Assembly: GCA_964565375.1 (NCBI GenBank)
Contig: CAZMEV010000007.1
Span: forward strand, 4,504 to 58,800
DNA: 54,297 nucleotides
Reading direction: 5' to 3'
DNA from: an uncultured Spirochaetaceae bacterium
GTDB taxonomy: Bacteria > Spirochaetota > Spirochaetia > DSM-27196 > SKKC01
Positions 7,549 through 16,569 of the stretch are shown in pieces. The notes beneath the pieces are model-generated. The model was not told the DNA's origin, searched no databases, and saw nothing but the letters and a program-made list of their open reading frames with translations. Every line of letters starts with the position of its first letter. The first letter of the stretch is position 1. Position numbers and translations under genes: made by a program.

Positions 7549-9918
7549 ATGACGGCAGATGACGACAAGCGAACACATCGGCACACCGCCGGCGAGCACT
7601 CCACTATCGGTGCAGATGAGAATCTTGACCAGTACGGAGTGTGGGTCAAGTCGGGACCGGAGGACGTTCCCGAAGAAGACTCGGAAGATACCGGCATATC
7701 GGATCTTGAGCCGGAAATGGATGTCGAGGAATTTGAACAGGATGGCGAGCGCTCGGAAAATGCTGCAGACGGGAGCGATGAAGAGTTGCTCGATTCACTT
7801 CCCGATCTTCCCGATGAAACGGACCTTTCGGAAGAGGAAGAGCAACTTCTCGCCGATCTCGAAGATACTGACGCAGAGCCCGAGGCGCCCGCAGAAGAGA
7901 CCGGGACACCAGCCGCAGAATCCGCAGCCGGCGACTTTGACCTGGAAATACCCGAGTCGGACGAGGATTTCAGCATGGACCTCGAAGATGAGCTCAGCTC
8001 CGACGAACTATCTGGGGAGGGGGCCGACGAATGGGCCCTGAACCTCCCGGAATCCGATGAGTCCGAGTCAGAAGCACCGACCGAAGCCATGGCAACGCAG
8101 GACGATTACGCGATGGAGTTGCCGGAAGAGCAGGAAGAACCCGCAAGCGGTAGTGTCGAAGAGTCAGTCGGAGAGAACGCGGAGCACGTCGAGGCCGTCG
8201 GGGAAATGAGCTCGGAGGTCGCCGAGGAACTTGAAGAAGTCGGTGGGGACGAGCAGAACCTGGACGAGTCGGACGATGAAGACACCGATTCCCGGGCAGA
8301 TTCCGAAGACGACGTGGATATTGCATTCCGCTACGCCGAAAGCGAGGAAGAACTGCCCGATCTTGAGTTCGGCGACGCAGATGAACTCGTTCTCGACGAT
8401 GAGCAAACCGGGGAAGAAGCGGGAGTGCAGTCTTCGGAGACAGCATTCGCTGAAGAAACGGTCACTGAAAACACGGTCACTGAAGAAACGGATGAAAGCA
8501 CCCCCCTTTCGGTAGAAGAACAGACCGAGGCATGGCAGACACCAGCTGAATCCGATGAAGAGGATTCAGAAAAACCGGTCACCGAAATTGCACTTGAGCC
8601 TGCCGGTGAGGACGATGATTTTGACGATATCAGCGCGGTCACCAGCGAACTATCGGCACCTACCGGGGGGTCCCAGGAAGCCGGGCCATCTCAGGGCGGC
8701 TATTCTCCGGAGGCATTCGAACAGATTCAGAGCGAACTTTCGAGCATAAAATCCGAGCTTTCGGCACTGAAGGCCGAACTGCAGGGGCTCCGAAGCACAA
8801 AACCGCATCAGTCACATCCAGAGCCTGAAGCCGTCCCGTCCGCACCTGACGAAACCGAAAAACCGGCAACAGACACCTCGGAGAGCAGTTACATGCCTGA
8901 TGATTCCTTGCCCGAAGAAGACTCATCCGGGGGTGCTGATTTCGACCAGGTGACCGAAGGGGGATTCTTCGAGGAAGACGAGGACGAAACAATCGCACTG
9001 ACCGGCGATGAACTTGACAATATTCTGAACACCGCCGAGTTCACTGAAGAGCAGGGCAAGCCGACCGATCCCGACGAAGGGGATATGGATGTTGATCTTT
9101 CAGCAGTAGAATCTCGCGATCCTCAACACGGTGGAGCCGGTCATGAAGGGGCTGAGGGCGTTGTGTTCGATGATATTGATGAACCTCGCGATGCCGATCA
9201 CGATGAATCCGAAAGCACACTGGAACAGCAGGCAAGCGAAGTCGAGGAACTCGACGAAACGGACGAGATACCGGAAGACCTTATTGTTACGCTCGATAGC
9301 GAGGAAACCGGAGAAAGCGAATTCACCGAAGAGGGCCCTGCGGATGACAGCTCAGCAGCCCTTGCTTCGGCGGAGGAAGGGCCCGAATCAAGTGGCCCGG
9401 AAGAACTCTTCGGCGCAAGCGAAGATCACGTTGATGCGCTCGCCAATATGGACATCGACACTGAGCTCGCGGATATAGAGGAGCTCGACGACGAATCCGG
9501 CGGCAGCGTCGAGGAACCGGGCGAAGGCGTTCAGGACAGCGGCTCCATTGAGACCGATGTGACCTCAGCCGAGGCGGATGAACCGGCTGACACAGGAGCT
9601 CCCGCAGACCAGGCTGGTGAACAGGCAGCTATGGAAGCTGCCTTTGAACAGCCTGGTGAGGAGGCTACTCCAGACGCACATGCGGAGCCCGGCGACGAGG
9701 CTACTCCAGACGCACATGCGGAGCCCGCTGAGACCGGGTCATCCTCGGCGGCTGAGGATGAGCTTCCCGAGAATCTTCGAGAGGAAATCAGGACAGTTCT
9801 CAGCTACATGGACCAGCTTCTGGAATCGCTGCCGGAGGAGAAGATCCGCGAATTCGCGAATTCGGAACACTTTGAGGTATACAAGCGACTGTTCGAGGAA
9901 CTCGGCCTGGAGCCATAA
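7549..9918 (+). CDS. hyper-acidic low-complexity protein with short ordered N- and C-terminal modules
   Basis: 789 aa dominated by D/E/S/T/P/A. The N-terminal segment LDQYGVWVKSGPEDV and the C-terminal helical segment LREEIRTVLSYMDQLLESLPEEKIREFANSEHFEVYKRLFEELGL are the only ordinary-looking parts. It has a good RBS. Confidence 0.75.
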   Translation: MTADDDKRTHRHTAGEHSTIGADENLDQYGVWVKSGPEDVPEEDSEDTGISDLEPEMDVEEFEQDGERSENAADGSDEELLDSLPDLPDETDLSEEEEQLLADLEDTDAEPEAPAEETGTPAAESAAGDFDLEIPESDEDFSMDLEDELSSDELSGEGADEWALNLPESDESESEAPTEAMATQDDYAMELPEEQEEPASGSVEESVGENAEHVEAVGEMSSEVAEELEEVGGDEQNLDESDDEDTDSRADSEDDVDIAFRYAESEEELPDLEFGDADELVLDDEQTGEEAGVQSSETAFAEETVTENTVTEETDESTPLSVEEQTEAWQTPAESDEEDSEKPVTEIALEPAGEDDDFDDISAVTSELSAPTGGSQEAGPSQGGYSPEAFEQIQSELSSIKSELSALKAELQGLRSTKPHQSHPEPEAVPSAPDETEKPATDTSESSYMPDDSLPEEDSSGGADFDQVTEGGFFEEDEDETIALTGDELDNILNTAEFTEEQGKPTDPDEGDMDVDLSAVESRDPQHGGAGHEGAEGVVFDDIDEPRDADHDESESTLEQQASEVEELDETDEIPEDLIVTLDSEETGESEFTEEGPADDSSAALASAEEGPESSGPEELFGASEDHVDALANMDIDTELADIEELDDESGGSVEEPGEGVQDSGSIETDVTSAEADEPADTGAPADQAGEQAAMEAAFEQPGEEATPDAHAEPGDEATPDAHAEPAETGSSSAAEDELPENLREEIRTVLSYMDQLLESLPEEKIREFANSEHFEVYKRLFEELGLEP
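9655..9726 (+). repeat. in-frame 36-bp tandem duplication inside the acidic-protein gene
   Basis: The two copies match at 33 of 36 positions (9655-9690 and 9691-9726). They encode GEEATPDAHAEP and GDEATPDAHAEP. Confidence 0.9.
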
Positions 9919-9923
9919 GCGAC

Positions 9924-10943
9924 ATGGGACTTATGAACAGGGTGCTCGAGGAGCGAACTGAGCCGGCTCCCGGCACGGATGCTATTGCTGTTCCCTCGCC
10001 TGCCATCACGGCGCAGACGCATGGAGCCGGTGAGCTGCTGAATGCGTGTCTTGAACAGATTGACACTGTTTCCGGTGGAGTAACAACGCCCGGATCGTTG
10101 TTCGAGTTCATTTCGCAGCTGTTCGGCATTCAAAAAGGAGCACTGCTGGTACGGGACTCTGAAGACGATCTCTTCAAGGTCTGGGCGTACTATAATCTTG
10201 ACCCGACAAGCCGGACAAGACTCACAATGGCACGTGGAGATATTGCCACTCTGTGCCCGGGGATTACGATCTCATTTCGCCCGGATACCGCCGAGCCGAT
10301 TCTTCCCTTTCTTTCCTTCAGGGAAGGCCGATCGCTTGAATCTGTCTTTCTTGTTAAACTTCGCGACCGGACGAGATTGGCCGGTGTACTTGTAATACTT
10401 GAGTCCGATCTTGTACGTCTTGATGCCCAGGCAAGGGAGATGCTTCTCACTGCAGTATCCGAACCGTTGGCTCGCAAGCTTGTTGAAGAGCGTGAGACAC
10501 TTTTCGAGCAGATGTATGCTCCGTTGCTTCTTCACGGCCCCGATTTCCAAAGATCTGTACGTGACCTCGCCGGAAGCACGGATACCGGCCCTTATTCACT
10601 CCTGCTGATGCGCATTGCCCTCGATGAGATCGAATCGCTTGTTACTAACCTGCTTCCCTGCTATTCGACTGCTCGGGCGCGCACAGATGCGCAAAGGATG
10701 ATTTGTTCACTTCTCGGCGGCGCCGGTGACTTATGCCTTCCCGAACCAGGCAGGATCGTTGCGAGCGTTCTGATACACGAACAGATGCCGTCGGAACTTC
10801 TTGTTCGTGAGCTCGAACAAAGACTGCGAGAGCGAATGTCAGTACTGCCGGCTGCGTTTTCCCTCGATATGGAGTTGCGACACTATCCGAACGAATCAGT
10901 GTCGCTCGATTCACTTTTGTCCACCCTCGTTCCTGTATCGTGA
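9924..10943 (+). CDS. hypothetical protein, GAF-like N-terminal half plus degenerate GGDEF-like C-terminal half
   Basis: 339 aa. The C-terminal pattern YSLLLMRIALDEIESL...LLGGAGDLCLPEPGRIVASVL resembles a GGDEF fold with GGAGD (10716-10730) in place of GGDEF. Domain calls rest on pattern only. Confidence 0.55.
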   Translation: MGLMNRVLEERTEPAPGTDAIAVPSPAITAQTHGAGELLNACLEQIDTVSGGVTTPGSLFEFISQLFGIQKGALLVRDSEDDLFKVWAYYNLDPTSRTRLTMARGDIATLCPGITISFRPDTAEPILPFLSFREGRSLESVFLVKLRDRTRLAGVLVILESDLVRLDAQAREMLLTAVSEPLARKLVEERETLFEQMYAPLLLHGPDFQRSVRDLAGSTDTGPYSLLLMRIALDEIESLVTNLLPCYSTARARTDAQRMICSLLGGAGDLCLPEPGRIVASVLIHEQMPSELLVRELEQRLRERMSVLPAAFSLDMELRHYPNESVSLDSLLSTLVPVS

Positions 10944-12547
10944 AATCACCGGTCACCATCACAGTCGAAACAGCGCGAAACGGTCAACAAACGGCCAGGA
11001 CAGACACACGCTATCTTTACTCACAATACGACCCGGGGCGGGAGACCGAGCGATTTGTACGAGCGAGAATTACATCGTTCCTGAATACTGCCGGCCGGCA
11101 TCCATCCTGCGTAATTCTGGTAAGCGAAGGGCTTGGCCATCTCGAGGAGGCATGCTCCCGTTACCTACCCGATTGCCGCATAATTTCAATTCATCTGACC
11201 GAGGATCTTTCGTCTCTTTCGGAGGATGCGGCAGCCGGCGTTCTTACGGTTATCCCGGAACGGCACAGGTCCGTCGGGACGGGAACCGGTAAGCGACGTC
11301 CGTTCTCTGAACGGACATTCGAATCACTGACGTCCGAGGTAGACATCTCGGAACTTCTGGTTATTGAATGGGAACCCTCTGTTCAGGCATTAGAACACGA
11401 ATATGAGGTTGTGCGTGACACATTCGAACGCGTGCTGCGCCGTCGGGCGGCGGATTCAGCGACAGTAAAACGATGGGGCAGACTCTGGATCAGAAACATA
11501 CTCCGCAACTGCACGAGAAGCAGACTGGAATCGCAACTGCCTCTCTTCGGAAATCGCCCGACTCTTGTAGTCTGCCCGGGCCCTACATCCTCCATGACAC
11601 TCGAACCACTCGCGGATGTGCCTCAACGCCCTGTCATTATTGCCCTGGCATCGGCCCTTGAACTTCTGAACCATTATGGAATTCCCCCGGATCTTATAGT
11701 GCATTCCGACGCCGGATACTATGCGACCTTGCAATTTCGCGCCGCATGGGGGTCAAGGATGCGCCGGTCTGAGACATCTTCACTCATAATGCCGCTTACC
11801 GCCGCGCCGCCACCGCTGACCGGCCGGGCCGTCCGCCCCACCGTTTCTGTGATCTCGGGGAACAGTACCGTTGAGCAGCACATCCTGAACGCCATCGGCA
11901 TCGACGCACCGGTCATACCCGAGGCCGGTACCGTAACAGCGACGGCTTTGCGCGTTGCTTCCTCCATCAGTGAAGGCCCCCGGTTTGTGGCCGGCCTCGA
12001 TCTATGTCTCGATGACATCCGCCACCATGCCTCACCACATGCCTTCGACACCTTTTTGAAGGCCGGAAGCAACCGTTTTCACCCCGAATTGAGCTCCCGT
12101 GTAAACCGTATACTGGACACTCACCGCTCAGATAACTCCCGGACCAGGCGCGCCGCGAATCTTGATGTATATGCAGAATGGTTCAGAAGTCGGACCGAGG
12201 AGTTCTCCTCCGTATACCGGATACGTCCTACAGAGGTCGACACGGGTATGACAAGCGCCACAGTTTCAGCGCTATTGACTGCGGCAAACAGATCGCAACC
12301 ATCTGCATATCGGACACGAAAACCAGTAAAGGGAAATAAGCCGTATCAAGCCGCAAAACCAGCTACAGTCGACCGGAAGGCAATACTCGATTCGCTTATC
12401 AGGACGGTCAGCGGCGAGGGATCAGAGGCACATCGGCTTCGATCCGAGCTGGCACGTTGGCTCAGGGTAGCCCCCGAACCGAACCCCACCCGCAATGCCC
12501 TGCTTTCGCTTTACCACATGCGTGACTCTGCCGGGGAGTTGTCGTGA
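10940..12547 (+). CDS. motility accessory factor (Maf) / DUF115 (MptE-like) family protein
   Basis: The N-terminus has the Maf-like YLYSQYDPGRETERF motif, and the central LVVCPGPTSS...IVHSDAGYYA is a DUF115-like core. The GTG start overlaps the upstream stop (GTGA). Confidence 0.7.
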   Translation: MKSPVTITVETARNGQQTARTDTRYLYSQYDPGRETERFVRARITSFLNTAGRHPSCVILVSEGLGHLEEACSRYLPDCRIISIHLTEDLSSLSEDAAAGVLTVIPERHRSVGTGTGKRRPFSERTFESLTSEVDISELLVIEWEPSVQALEHEYEVVRDTFERVLRRRAADSATVKRWGRLWIRNILRNCTRSRLESQLPLFGNRPTLVVCPGPTSSMTLEPLADVPQRPVIIALASALELLNHYGIPPDLIVHSDAGYYATLQFRAAWGSRMRRSETSSLIMPLTAAPPPLTGRAVRPTVSVISGNSTVEQHILNAIGIDAPVIPEAGTVTATALRVASSISEGPRFVAGLDLCLDDIRHHASPHAFDTFLKAGSNRFHPELSSRVNRILDTHRSDNSRTRRAANLDVYAEWFRSRTEEFSSVYRIRPTEVDTGMTSATVSALLTAANRSQPSAYRTRKPVKGNKPYQAAKPATVDRKAILDSLIRTVSGEGSEAHRLRSELARWLRVAPEPNPTRNALLSLYHMRDSAGELS

Positions 12548-14118
12548 CCCCTGACCGGCTGGAAAGCAACCTTGAAGCACTTGGTTCAAGGGCAGCGAAT
12601 TCCCTGATTTGCGCGGTCAAACGCGCGCAGCCGGCTTCACGACTGCGCATTGAGCGGGCGCGCAACGATGAGCCTGTTCCGGTGCTGACCCATAATGGAT
12701 ACGATTTCTGGTTTCACTCCCAGTACGCGCCTTCAAGAGAAGCCTCGAGAGCCACACGGAACATTCCCGATTCGCAGCTTATTATTACCCCGGGAGTCGG
12801 CAACGGTGCCCACATTCGTGCACTGCTCGAAACATGCAATCCGCATGCGATTGTCGTTATTGCCGAACCGCCGGAACTGCTTGCCGGAATACTCGCGGAG
12901 ATCCCATTGGAGTCCGTACTCTCTGACGAACGAGTACGTATAGTAATGGCAGAGCACGCTTGGCGCACACTTAAGGCCCTGTTTGTTCCCCTGTTCACCG
13001 GCGGCTTCAAGTCGGTCGTCCTCGAAGGCATTCGCCGAGCACTTCCCGAAACAGCCGGCACCTGCAATTCGGCAGTCGCCACAGCGGCCGATGCGCTGTC
13101 ACCCGATGTTTCGACGCAGTCCCGGTACGGCCTTGTATGGATGCGGAACCTCGTTGCCAACTTCCCACAAGCAGCAACAAGAACCTCTCAGTTCGAACTG
13201 CCGGAGGCTGTAACGATCGCGGGCGCCGGACCAAGTCTCGACCAATGGCTGTCATCCAGTCCAGATGCCGATTCAATAATCGCGACCGATACCGCCGCCC
13301 CTGCTCTGCACGCCCATCACCTTCGACCGCGGGCCGTTGTTTCTGTTGATCCGGCGCTGTACGGTTACCACCACATCCTCTGCGGCGTACCGCGGAACGT
13401 ACCATGGCTTGTTGATGTCGCCGCGCATCCTGCAATCTGGCGGGGGCTCGGCGATGTCGTTCCCGTTGCCGGCCCTCATCCGCTTCTGCGGATTCTGCTC
13501 GAGGACATGCCACATGCCTGGCCGGAATTTACCGGCTCGGATGTAACACAGGCAGCGATTTCAATTTCCAGAGCGCTGGGAGCGACCCGGATTCTTACGG
13601 CAGGAACCGATTATGCGTATCCGGGGGAGCAGGGATATGCCCGTGGCACCTACGTCGACACACTCCTGTCATCGCGATCCACGCGGCTTTCACCATTTCT
13701 CTCCCAATCTTACGACTTCTGCTACCGCTCGCCCAAGGCCTGGCGGGACAGCGGTGGCACCGTACGTACCCCGGCACTCGAAGCGGCCCGCCGCACTACA
13801 TCGCAGATGATGCAGACAACAGGTACGTTGCAATCACAGCCGCATCGGACCTCGGATTTTACTCCAGGAATGCGTGCTGCGATCGATAAGCTGCACCGGA
13901 TCTCGGCGGAGCTATCCGAGCTTCCGAGGCCGGGGACTCAATCGGCGACACGGTACTACCGTGGGCTCTCATGGCGGGAAAAGACGCTGGTTCACGCCTG
14001 TATTCCCACCGCTCTCAGCCTTTCGCATCGAGACTTGCTTGAGTGGAAAGACGCGCTTGAAGCCTCTATAGGCCGGTTTCAGCTCCTTGTCTCCAGCCTG
14101 TATCCGGATTTCCCCTGA
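12544..14118 (+). CDS. motility accessory factor (Maf) / DUF115 family protein, paralogue of the preceding gene
   Basis: FWFHSQYAPSREASRA, IAGAGPSLDQWL and IATDTAAPAL...VVSVDP motifs are present. The GTG start overlaps the upstream stop (GTGA). Confidence 0.7.
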   Translation: MTPDRLESNLEALGSRAANSLICAVKRAQPASRLRIERARNDEPVPVLTHNGYDFWFHSQYAPSREASRATRNIPDSQLIITPGVGNGAHIRALLETCNPHAIVVIAEPPELLAGILAEIPLESVLSDERVRIVMAEHAWRTLKALFVPLFTGGFKSVVLEGIRRALPETAGTCNSAVATAADALSPDVSTQSRYGLVWMRNLVANFPQAATRTSQFELPEAVTIAGAGPSLDQWLSSSPDADSIIATDTAAPALHAHHLRPRAVVSVDPALYGYHHILCGVPRNVPWLVDVAAHPAIWRGLGDVVPVAGPHPLLRILLEDMPHAWPEFTGSDVTQAAISISRALGATRILTAGTDYAYPGEQGYARGTYVDTLLSSRSTRLSPFLSQSYDFCYRSPKAWRDSGGTVRTPALEAARRTTSQMMQTTGTLQSQPHRTSDFTPGMRAAIDKLHRISAELSELPRPGTQSATRYYRGLSWREKTLVHACIPTALSLSHRDLLEWKDALEASIGRFQLLVSSLYPDFP

Positions 14119-14162
14119 TATTCTTGGAAATCAGGCCTCGAATTCACCTATACTGTAACGTG

Positions 14163-15551
14163 ATGAGCAAAACTGCGCGCGTCACTCTGATCGTCATCAG
14201 TCTCATTCTCTTTCTCGGAATTCCATCCCTGTCCGTCGTTCGTATCTGGGACGCTTCTTCCTCGGGGGACAGACAGGCACAGCGGCATTTCTCGGCAACA
14301 GTGCAGGAAGTCCGCGGCGCTGCTGAGTTCCTTGAACAAGCCGAATACGGGCGATTCGCCGAAAGTCTCCGTCCGATCGTGGAAGAGAGCCGAAGACTCT
14401 CTCTCCTGCTCGTAATGGAGCAGGACGGCAGAATTGACTATGGCTGGTCGCGATCCCGCTCAAGACTGCCGCAGGACATATCTGAAGTCCGTCTGGAGCC
14501 GAATCTCAGCTACCACGAACCCTGGGAACGGCAACTCGACGCACGGGTTGCGCGTAGCGATTCCGATGATGTAATCATAGCGGCGGTATACGAGACGCTC
14601 GATCCCGGGCTCGTGTTTCAGACCCTGCGCGACGCCTTACTCACTATTATAACGTTCGCACTGCTTGTACTGATCGTCCTTATCGCCTCACTCAGGCCCG
14701 AGGCAGCCACAGACGATTCTGTGCGGACCGATACCAATACTCACCGCGTTACACCCGACCAGGGGCGGCAATCCGCCGGTAGCCCGGCCGCCGATTCGGC
14801 TGACGAGCCTGCGACACCTTCCGGCCGGGCCGGTGCGACGCACGGGCCGCCGTCTCACGATCAACCGCAGCAAAGACCTGAGGAGACCAGATCCGCTCAA
14901 GCTCCCCCGGCCGCCTCGGCTGATCCCCAGGAAGCGCCCACACCGGACGTCACCGCATCTGAACAGGCCGGCGAGGAAAAAACCGCAGCCGGTCAGACAA
15001 CGCCGGCAGCCCCCTCCGACCGCAGTTCTGAATTGCATTCAAGCCCCGAGGGATCCGGCCCTCCGCTCGTGTCACCGGACTCCGGGCTGAGTTTTTCCGC
15101 CCATCTTCCAAGACGCCTGTCACTTGAGCTCGAACGCGCTGCCGAGAATGACCTTGATCTCGCGTTGTTCATGATACAGATCCGGGATGCCGAGGACACG
15201 CCGGTAACGTCGACCGTACTCGGGAGCCTCATACTTGAGCAGTTTCCGTTCGAGGATCTCGCCTTTGAGTACTCCGATGGCAGGGTCTGCGTGATCCTGC
15301 CGGGAACAGACCTGGACACGGCGATGCGCAAGGGACAGCGGTTTATTACCCTTCTGAAACGACATGAACTCGGAAGCTACAAGGTGAACATCGGTGCGAG
15401 CAGCAGAAACGGCCGCCTTGTGGAAAGCGACAGGCTTCTGACGGAAGCGCGGGAAGCGCTATCGCGAACGGACGACGAGTCAACAATGGTAGGCTTCCGC
15501 CCAGACCCCGACCGCTACCGATCGTATATCGCAACCCGCATGGGCGGATAA
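14163..15551 (+). CDS. membrane protein with P/A/Q-rich linker and degenerate GGDEF domain
   Basis: Two TM segments and a low-complexity linker are followed by a C-terminal GGDEF-fold pattern. That pattern is LALFMIQIRD...FEYSDGRVCVILPGTDLDTAMRKGQRF...VNIGASS...LLTEAREALSRT, with YSDGR (15270-15284) replacing GGDEF. A TTG at 14124 is an alternative start. Confidence 0.65.
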   Translation: MSKTARVTLIVISLILFLGIPSLSVVRIWDASSSGDRQAQRHFSATVQEVRGAAEFLEQAEYGRFAESLRPIVEESRRLSLLLVMEQDGRIDYGWSRSRSRLPQDISEVRLEPNLSYHEPWERQLDARVARSDSDDVIIAAVYETLDPGLVFQTLRDALLTIITFALLVLIVLIASLRPEAATDDSVRTDTNTHRVTPDQGRQSAGSPAADSADEPATPSGRAGATHGPPSHDQPQQRPEETRSAQAPPAASADPQEAPTPDVTASEQAGEEKTAAGQTTPAAPSDRSSELHSSPEGSGPPLVSPDSGLSFSAHLPRRLSLELERAAENDLDLALFMIQIRDAEDTPVTSTVLGSLILEQFPFEDLAFEYSDGRVCVILPGTDLDTAMRKGQRFITLLKRHELGSYKVNIGASSRNGRLVESDRLLTEAREALSRTDDESTMVGFRPDPDRYRSYIATRMGG

Positions 15552-15564
15552 GCAGCGTATTCCC

Positions 15565-16569
15565 CTACTCCATCTCCGAAAGCATTGACTCAAACAGCTC
15601 CGCCCGCAACGCCAGTGGCCCGCGCCCGGAAGCGGTCAGATGCTGCTCGCCGGAAGCAATATAGGCCGGATATACCCCTTCCCCCGTTTCCTCCCCGACA
15701 TGAACGCGCACCCGTTCACGGTCGCTGTTCATGACGGTTATGCGCCATTGCGGCTCCTGCGGCTTCTCTCTCAGGAATCCGTTCGCCTCGAGCGACAGTA
15801 CCCTTCGAATTCCCCGCTCGTTTGCGCTGTAGTCCTGATGATCTGCCTCCTGTTCCCGTTCAAAGCGCAGTCTATCGGAACCCGCCGATCGCAGGTGTGC
15901 AAGCCGGTTCCATTCGCCGCCGCGATACACATCAACCTCAACAGCCTCGATAGTCTCGAGGGGGAACTGACCGGCAAAAACACGAAACTCGGCCCAGTAC
16001 CGCGGACCCTGATCGAGATAGAAGCTGACCGTATCCTCAACGCGGTAGACCGCATCCTCACCGGCTCTGCGGACAAACACAACGGGTGAATCAGCGGAAA
16101 TGCCGATCATCGTTTCAAACTCTCGCTCTCTCTCGTCGGTGAACGATACCCGATAGTCATATCCGGGAGCGAACACAGTCCCTCGTTCCACCATGAGCTC
16201 CCTGTGACGATCGGGGTTTTCGGTCACCAGCGATTCACGCTGCATTTCGTGCAACGTTTCAACAAACGCTTCAAATCTTTCAGCGCGGGCAGGAAGACGT
16301 CCGTCATCGAGAACGATATCCGTTCCCTCCTGGCGGGAGGCACCTTCGGGAATGGGCACCCGTTCGAAAGACAGAATACGTGCATCCGTTTCAATTTCGA
16401 CAGTAGAAACAGCTTCGGGGCTGCCGATTTCGAAGATCCGCCCGGGTTCAGCCTCCGACCGTTCACCGGCGCCGTCGAGTGCATGGCGAACGACCAGCTG
16501 GACACCCAGTGCAAGAGCTGCGATCCCCACGATTATCGAGACATGCACGAGAAAGCGTTTTCGAGTCAT
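15565..16569 (-). CDS. DUF4340-like protein (accessory to GldG-type ABC systems)
   Basis: 334 aa with an N-terminal TM anchor. The position directly after a GldG-like gene, with a 4-nt overlap, is the usual context of DUF4340. Confidence 0.55.
   Translation of the reverse strand: MTRKRFLVHVSIIVGIAALALGVQLVVRHALDGAGERSEAEPGRIFEIGSPEAVSTVEIETDARILSFERVPIPEGASRQEGTDIVLDDGRLPARAERFEAFVETLHEMQRESLVTENPDRHRELMVERGTVFAPGYDYRVSFTDEREREFETMIGISADSPVVFVRRAGEDAVYRVEDTVSFYLDQGPRYWAEFRVFAGQFPLETIEAVEVDVYRGGEWNRLAHLRSAGSDRLRFEREQEADHQDYSANERGIRRVLSLEANGFLREKPQEPQWRITVMNSDRERVRVHVGEETGEGVYPAYIASGEQHLTASGRGPLALRAELFESMLSEME

Noticed and set aside
7353-8090. 245-aa Ser-rich minus-strand ORF
   Set aside because: It is the mirror image of the GAA/GAG/GAC-rich acidic gene (TTC/CTC/GTC reading). 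It has no independent start context and overlaps the promoter and RBS of the plus-strand gene.
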